A stretch of DNA of 64,000 nt from Octopus sinensis (lineage: Eukaryota), in contig NC_042999.1 of NCBI RefSeq assembly GCF_006345805.1, forward strand, positions 94,178,001-94,242,000, given 5' to 3'. Each line of letters opens with the position of its first letter. The stretch's first letter is position 1. Of the stretch, positions 56,965-64,000 are shown in pieces. Position numbers and translations under genes: made by a program. The notes below the pieces were generated by a model. It saw only the letters and a program-made list of their open reading frames with translations, ran no database searches and had not been told where the DNA came from.

Positions 56965-57837
56965 TAAGCGGTCTGATCAATAAGTATTCGCACTGTTCCC
57001 ATAGTAACGAAGCTAAAGCACGCAGAGTAATGCCGCTTAACAATAAGTGACCTCGATCTCTACTGTGTGTACGCACTAGAGTTTAACGTTCACGCTCACC
57101 GCCGCTGTTTTCTGCAGTGCTTCGAAGGAGGGTGTGTAGCGTGTGATCGTCGCATTGACCATGACGGAGAAAATCGTCATGGCGATACCTGCTCAGAGGC
57201 CTACGCAATTTGCAGAAAGTGTACGGAGAGGAGTGTATGACCCACACACAAGTGTACGAGGGGTTCAGACATTTCCAAGATGGCCGAACATGTCGATATT
57301 GACGAACGTTCTGGAAGACCCGCAACTAGCAGAAGAGAGAAAAACAACGCAGATGTTCGTGCAGGTGTGAGGGGAAATTGTCGAATCACCCTCCATGAGT
57401 TATCACAGGATGAGCACATTAGTAAAGGTTCAGTTCTGTCTATTATCACTGAAGACGCGTGCATACCAAGTTTGTGCCAAAATTGCATTCAGTTGGCCAA
57501 AAGACACTCTGGTTTCAGTTGCAAAAGATCTTGATTATGTCGAGAACAATGAAATCATTTTTGAAAACCTTACGCAGGCTTCTGAGCAGGTATCGCTAAG
57601 CTTTTAGAAGAATTTGACGCAGATTATCTACTCAGCTTACTCTGCCATGGCCATGCGACAATCACACGCTAAACACCTTCCATCCAAGCACTGCTCTAAA
57701 CAGTGGAAGAGAGCTACAACGTCAAAACTTAGAGCACAGCAGATTTCAAACTCAGTCGGTGCGAAGCGGCTACCTTCTGCATGTTTTAGCGTCATTAGTA
57801 TGGTAAGAGTCCAGATATTTATTGATCAGACCCCTGA
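56965..57837 (+). mobile_element. Internally deleted mariner-like element
   Basis: TIRs ...GGTCTGATCAATAAGTA / TATTTATTGATCAGACCCCTGA; internal HTH-region translation DERSGRPATSR...RITLHELSQDEHISKGSVLSII. Confidence 0.85.
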
Positions 57838-59154
57838 TATATATGTGTGTGTGTATATGTATTTGTGTGTGTGTGTTACTGTCAAAGGAATCCCTCCATA
57901 TGAAATGGCTGAGTCGGAGGAAATGAAATATTGGAAAACGTCACTCATAATATCTGAATTACTGCAGCTGCCTGGACTTCCACCTAAGTTAATTGTCTGC
58001 TTATATTCTGCTTATATTCTAATATTCTTACAAGTGTTCACTATGCACCACGTCTGTAACTTGAGTCCATATACAACTACAAGTCTGATTATATTGTAAG
58101 ATCTCGTACAGAATAATATGCACAATTCCTTATAGGTTTTAGTCATAAATAGTATCTAAAATTATAATTAAAACTACTTCGTGATTTCTTTACTTCCATA
58201 GGAGATGTGTTTTAGGTACACAAATCGTAATTGTCAAAGAAATTGATAATTCCTGACGTTGGAGGACAAAGAAATGTTGCTATAAGGTAAACTAACTTTT
58301 CTTTAGTATCAGTTGTTACACTGAAACATATCACCAAATCCCCCTCTCTCTAGTATTTTATTGTATGACAGATTGTTAAGATTAACATTCTTGACCTCAT
58401 TTGTATAAATTTGACTTGTATCGTGCTAGCATTTTTTCTACATTTTAATTCAATTTTATATTTAATTAAATTCTATGTATGTACGTTGAACTTCAATTTC
58501 TTCTAATTAACTTCTGAGAATCACTAAAGAATGTAATAAAGCTTTATTTTCTATCTATGACGAAATAGATTTTAATTTTGTTTTAAACTTTAGATTAGTG
58601 TGAACTTCATAATACCAGAAATAAATACTAGATCCAATAGATTTGAACTTTCTTAAGACTTCAGAATTATTACCTTATGAATTTCAATCTATTCAGTGAA
58701 AATAGTGAGCATTACTTAATGAATAAATAGTACAAATTTTTGCGTGGACATATTAGAAGATATGCACATTCACGTTAATATATAACAACAGTTTTAAATT
58801 ACCTCTCACTCAGCAACTAGAAGGAAATTAATAAAATGCTATTTTAAATAATGGACAGACTATTCGATGCATTTGTAATTCATAGTTGCGGAAAAATTTA
58901 TTCTTATATCAAGAGTTCACTTTTCCAAATAACACTATAATAGGTATCTATTCAACATGTTTTTACTTCATTTAATTGTTATGCACATATGTGTGTTTGT
59001 GGTGGATATGTATCTATGACTGTATGTATATTTGTGTATTTCAACTAAAGAGACATGTAGTGAGTGATCAATGTCTATAGTCATCATTTTGTGTCATCGT
59101 TGTGAACAATATTTTTGCGTTCTACACGCCATGTTTTACAATCAGTCTTGTTGA

Positions 59155-59310
59155 GTAAAAGCACGTTGGACAAAAGATGTAACCGCATTCCTTCCTCACT
59201 TTTGTGTTCTGACATCAAATTGAGCCGAGGTCGGCTTTCTCTTTCATCCTTTACATGTCGATAAAATTAGTGCCACTGGAACACCGGCTCGATGTGATCG
59301 ACTAGTCCTC
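59155..59310 (+). mobile_element. Degenerate SINE family 3 copy
   Basis: CCGAGGTCGGCTTT...TTTCATCCTTT...GTCGATAAAATTAGT aligns by eye to 61200-61300. Confidence 0.65.
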
Positions 59311-61142
59311 TGTTGGAGCTGGCTTGACTGTGCCGATAGGGGTGGGATAGTCGATCATGTCAATCAGGCTTCAAAATCATGTTCAGCTTCAAAATCATGT
59401 CGTTCGAATGCTTGGGTAAGTGTTTTCTTACAACATTTACGGATTGGCTAATATCATCTGACTGGATTCAGAGAAAGGGAAATTCTGAGGAAACTCCTTA
59501 GTATTGTATATACATGTACATTTATATGTTTCCACATTTCACTTTATATTGGTAAATTATGTAAATATCAATGAACAACAGGGGCCACTTCATATACGTC
59601 CCTTGCAAGAATAAACTCCTTCGAATGGAATTACAAATCCCTTTTTGTCCTTTCAAGATCGAAGAAATTTGCCATTGGAAGCAAAGACCAAGCGTGTGTG
59701 TAAGTGTGTGAGCACGCCCGTGTACATGTGTGTGCGTGTGCCTGTGTGTATAATTCATGCCGTTCAAATCATATACAGTGCCTTACAAATTGTTTGGTGC
59801 GAATACTTTCTATATATAATCATATCCACTTACCAAAAGGAAGAATGGGTGCTCTAAATTTATCTGCGAGAACAGGAAGTTAAAACAAAGGGCTTTACTG
59901 AGACTCTTCCACGAATTTGAAATGGAAAATAAATAATAAATCTTCTAGCATTAAACATCATTACAATAGGACTGTAGAATTAAAGTGTGAATAATCCCGC
60001 ATAAGATATGTTTGATAAGCATGCGTTCTCCTTCACGTTTTTAATTCAAGCCTGGGGCTAAAATGGAATCATTTCGTAAACGTTGACAGATTATAACTGG
60101 CTTAACAAGAGTTTCTATTTTTTCTTATACAGGGAGAATAAACTTGAAGTAGCTTTTAAGAAATGCTGTCTAAGTATATTATTTTCTTTTATTTCATCTT
60201 AATTTTATTTTATACGCACGGTCACTAATTTACTTTTAGGTAAATTAGTAAAATTTGCGTATACGCACACATCATTTCAGATAAGAAGCTCAAACTTGCT
60301 TCCTTTCTTTGTCGAATGAAATAGAGAAGAACTTGATAATAGACAATTATTCAAAATTAGACGATCAGTTCTCCTGTTCGACCAGCAGAGAGAGATAGAG
60401 AGAAAGGGGGAGAGAGGGATAAATAGCGAGAGGCAATTCTGATACATAACTGCATTGTCTATTTACATAGCATTGTTGAAATATTTATACATATACTTCC
60501 ATACATTTGTGTGTGTGTATGTGGGTGTAATTCATCCCAGCTGATCCATTCAAACTTTCTCATTACACTAAGTACTTCATTTATGAAAGAAAGTGTGAAT
60601 TACTTAGCACAACTGAAAACAAAAACTCAGGTACTTTTAGGCCTGTGCAAGTTTCAGTATTTATCTTGCGATGTTGGTGGTACCGTCTAGATAAGCTATA
60701 CTTGAAGGGATCTTTCCGAATAGTTATATCAGTCCAGAATCTACTTTATATCAAGCGCCTAATTTACATAATTAAGGTAAAACAATATCAAGGTTACTGG
60801 CAATATCAGCAATATAACCCACCCAAATGCTGGTATATATAGAATTGCACCGCTGAAGACACACCGAAAACAAAATCCATCCAAGGAGTGAGGATGGAAT
60901 ACGGCTAGGCTACCTCACTACATTTACCTATATTTTAATTTCAGCGAATTTTGTTCAATCGCACGCTGCCACTCCCTTCTCAATCACACATTTACCACGT
61001 CTATTACTTTTCCAGTTCTTCATTTTCTTCATTCCATTAATATTTTTACAATTATTATAATCCGTATTAACATTATCACCATCATCGTCATCATCATCAT
61101 CATCATCATAATCATTATCATTATTATTATTTGTATCATTAG

Positions 61143-61345
61143 TTAAGGAGAAGAATCACCGAGCAAGATGCTAAGGACTTTTTCGTCCGTTGTTACGTTC
61201 TGAGTTTAAATTCCGCTGCGGTCGACTTTACCCTTGATCGTTTCGGGGTCGATAAATTAAGTACTGTTGAAACACTGGGGTCCATGTAATCGACTACTCT
61301 CCTACCTCAAAATTTCAGGCCCTTGTGCCTTTAGTAGAAAGGATT
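61143..61345 (+). mobile_element. SINE family 3 copy
   Basis: GAGTTTAAATTCC B-box-like motif, GGTCGACTTT..TTCGGGGTCGATAAATTAAGTAC core, CCTTGTGCC near the end; related copies elsewhere in the window. Confidence 0.75.
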
Positions 61346-61375
61346 ATCATCATCTTTATTATTATTATTATTATA

Positions 61376-61431
<56 letters not shown>

Positions 61432-61800
61432 CATAGTAGACGTCGCACAGTATACAATATTGTGAGGTTGTTGATTGAAGATTATTGTGTCCACCGAGTG
61501 CTTGTAATGTTTGTCAAGTCACAGCAAGGAACTCCAACAGACAGTACTTTTCCCAATATACGTGCAGTTCCAAGTAATGCCGACTTTTTCAATACACCTA
61601 GATAGCAGGGTAGTTCTAAAGTTTTCAGTTGTTTTTTTTTTTTTTCCGATTGGGTGCTCCGAAAACAAAACAGATAACCTTTATGTTTAACTCTTGTAGC
61701 AGTCGCATCTTAGCGATCTCAATTCGTAGATTTTCATCTTGTAATCAATTTACTTTTAAAACAAACTTCTAATCTACTTATGTTTCTCAGACATTCTCTA
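61432..61800 (-). mobile_element. R4/Dong-like LINE C-terminus and 3' UTR
   Basis: LRIEIAKM...VFGAP...LKKSALLGTARILGKVLS; the 3' end abuts (TAA)n. Confidence 0.85.
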
Positions 61801-61935
61801 GAACAATACACTGCGTAAAACAAAATATATGTCATCCTAGTCATAACACCAACTTGAAATTCTAACTTGTTATTTCTTGAGGTCTCTGGGCGAGACTTTG
61901 GGTGAACAAATACAAAGCAAAAGCCAAACATATAT

Positions 61936-62036
<101 letters not shown>

Positions 62037-62079
62037 ACAACAACAACAAGAACCATTGTATGATAAAGCCAGAAGATAC

Positions 62080-62788
62080 TAACCAGTGATGGCAAAGGGC
62101 TTTGTTTACATCGTCATTATTAGCTCTCTCTCTGGATATTTGCTATTGAGAGGGTTTTCTTGCTATTTCCCAGTAAGAATATGTAAGGTAACAGTTTTAA
62201 CACGGGTTTTCATACGCTTAGTTTTTTTCTGTGCTTGTTTCCAGTACGTCAAATTCTGGGATTTGTTGTATTTGGAATTCATAAAGATATATCTTTGCCT
62301 GTTTTTTTACTGAGTATGATGTATTCTTGTTTACTCAGGTTAAGGCAAGTTTTAACATTCAGTCATCAGAGTTTTCCAGGTAGGTGTTTAGGCCAATTGT
62401 GGCAATCTTCATTGACAATTCCAGTTGTAAAAGTCCACGGCCACTGTATTTTCTTAATAAGTGTAAAGTCGTTCTATATCTACCATAGAGTGGTGTATTT
62501 TAAGCATTGTTAACAATTTTCTTTGTTTTGTTTTTTTTTTGTCAAGATTACAGATTTCAGTAATTGACCAGTTAATATTGAAACTTTAAGTCCCGGTCGG
62601 TATGTCTAAATATTGATCGCTTCATGCATTCACCTCTGTAATGAAAATTGCCCTTATCTTGCGATATCATTCTTTTCTGATCTTTTCGCTCATCATTGAA
62701 CATTTGATTCTATGATCTTCAAATACCCCTAGGTATATGTAGCTCTCTGCTGGTTCTAACTATTTTATTTGACATTCTGCTTGTCAAA
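62080..62788 (-). mobile_element. R4/Dong-like LINE fragment (post-RT region)
   Basis: HHSMVDIERLY...GRGLLQLELSMKIATIGLNTYLENSDD; bounded by (TAA)n and (CTA/CTG)n. Confidence 0.8.
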
Positions 62789-62810
62789 ATTATTATTATT
62801 ATTATTATTA

Positions 62811-62875
<65 letters not shown>

Positions 62876-62899
62876 GAGGTAATTCTAATTTGATTATCA

Positions 62900-64000
62900 G
62901 GAATTTTGTTATAAAATTTGGTGGACAACACGTCTTCTCATTTCACAATTGATATTTGTCAAACGTTTCCTTTTCTTTCATAGCAATTGGATAATCTCTT
63001 GGCATTGCTTAGCTAATTATTGGGCACTCAGGTTGTCCCTCTTAAAGACAATTATATGCAGTCTTCGGTATAATAATATCTTGTCATACTGGAAGTCTAA
63101 GTCCCAAGGTAACTTTACTTTCCTATTTTCGTCCATTATCTTTTCTGTTTTATGTTGGTAACAAGCAGCCGTTAACTCATACCCATACTTCCAGCACAAT
63201 ATCCAATGAGGGTTATGGGCTAACTTGTCATGACTGCGCTTGTGCTCTTTCTGTGCAAGTCTTTCACAACCGCTAAAGACTTTCCCCTTTGATCATACAC
63301 ATTGTGCACAGTATCGTTGCACTTGTTTGGTATATATCACTTTTCACTGATTTGGTATACCATGCCTGCTGCTGGGTCGCGGAAATGAGGCTTTCATCCC
63401 ACTGTTTAAGGCCATATTTGCTGATCCACATCCATTATGCTTTCTGGTCTTTTAAATAGTTAACTGACCAATCCGCGATGGGACTGATCATGAGGTAACA
63501 TTCGGAATAGTGTTTTTACTTAGTTCCTACTCGATGATGACTCGCGAACGGAAGTCATTAGCTTTCTCAAGTGCATTATTGGTAAATCCTTTCCACTTTG
63601 GCAACATAATGTAATGGATCTTATTACTAAACACTACGTCAAGTTTCTTCTTTCACTGTCAAATGAGTCGTGTAGGACTATCAGGCCGCGTGCATCTTTA
63701 CCCCTCTTCCTCTGTAGTCTGTGTAAATTCGCTTTATGGTAGAAGCACCATACATTGTAGTCTTTCGCGTAGTGCCATTGCGTTGGTCACTCTCTGCTCC
63801 GCTAATTTCAGAACGGGTGCACTATAGTAAACTATACCAACAGGTGATATGTTGATGGTGGTTACAAGGTTCCTTGCACTGATTTGGGACTTCAAGAGAA
63901 GCCTGTGGTGATTGAAGCATTTAGCGGTGACCACGTCGTTTAGTTATCTGTGCAAGATGAATAGTCCAACACCAGGTTCCCAAGGCATTCTACCCAACAT
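62900..64000 (-). mobile_element. R4/Dong-like LINE (zinc knuckle and RLE region), runs off the window end
   Basis: SGCERLAQKEHKRSHDKLA...WILCWKYG; ENRKVKLPWDLDFQYDKILLYRRLHIIV (degenerate RPD endonuclease motif). Confidence 0.85.

Noticed and set aside
59368-59400. Short tandem duplication GCTTCAAAATCATGT (a similar one lies near 50637)
   Set aside because: Ordinary slippage duplication with no further structure.
58202-60175. Plus-strand AG/GT-bounded candidate exons near 58202 and 60133 (also near 24973 and 35017)
   Set aside because: Splice-like signals are common by chance in AT-rich DNA; frames are closed or unrecognisable and no coherent gene model emerges.

Overview
AT-rich eukaryotic DNA saturated with (TA)n, (CA)n, (GATA)n and (TAA)n microsatellites. 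The repeat families and microsatellite load resemble a cephalopod (Octopus-like) genome; this is recognition, not a search result. No host protein-coding gene can be supported, and nearly all listed ORFs are microsatellite or antisense artefacts, so the window looks intronic or intergenic. It contains one near-complete mariner with intact TIRs and TA duplication (23023-24310), three decayed mariners, three tRNA-type SINE families, RTE, CR1 and R4/Dong LINE fragments (the latter mostly beside (TAA)n), and several Penelope-like element (PLE) remnants with GIY-YIG motifs. The most interesting signal is a set of type I hammerhead-ribozyme motifs in PLE-type terminal sequence: one with an intact core at 20308-20366, one with a long stem II, and several mutated ones. 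Several sit in fold-back inverted duplications next to (TA)n tracts, and in one case the fold-back ends within 3 nt of the predicted cleavage site. All alignments and folds were done by eye.
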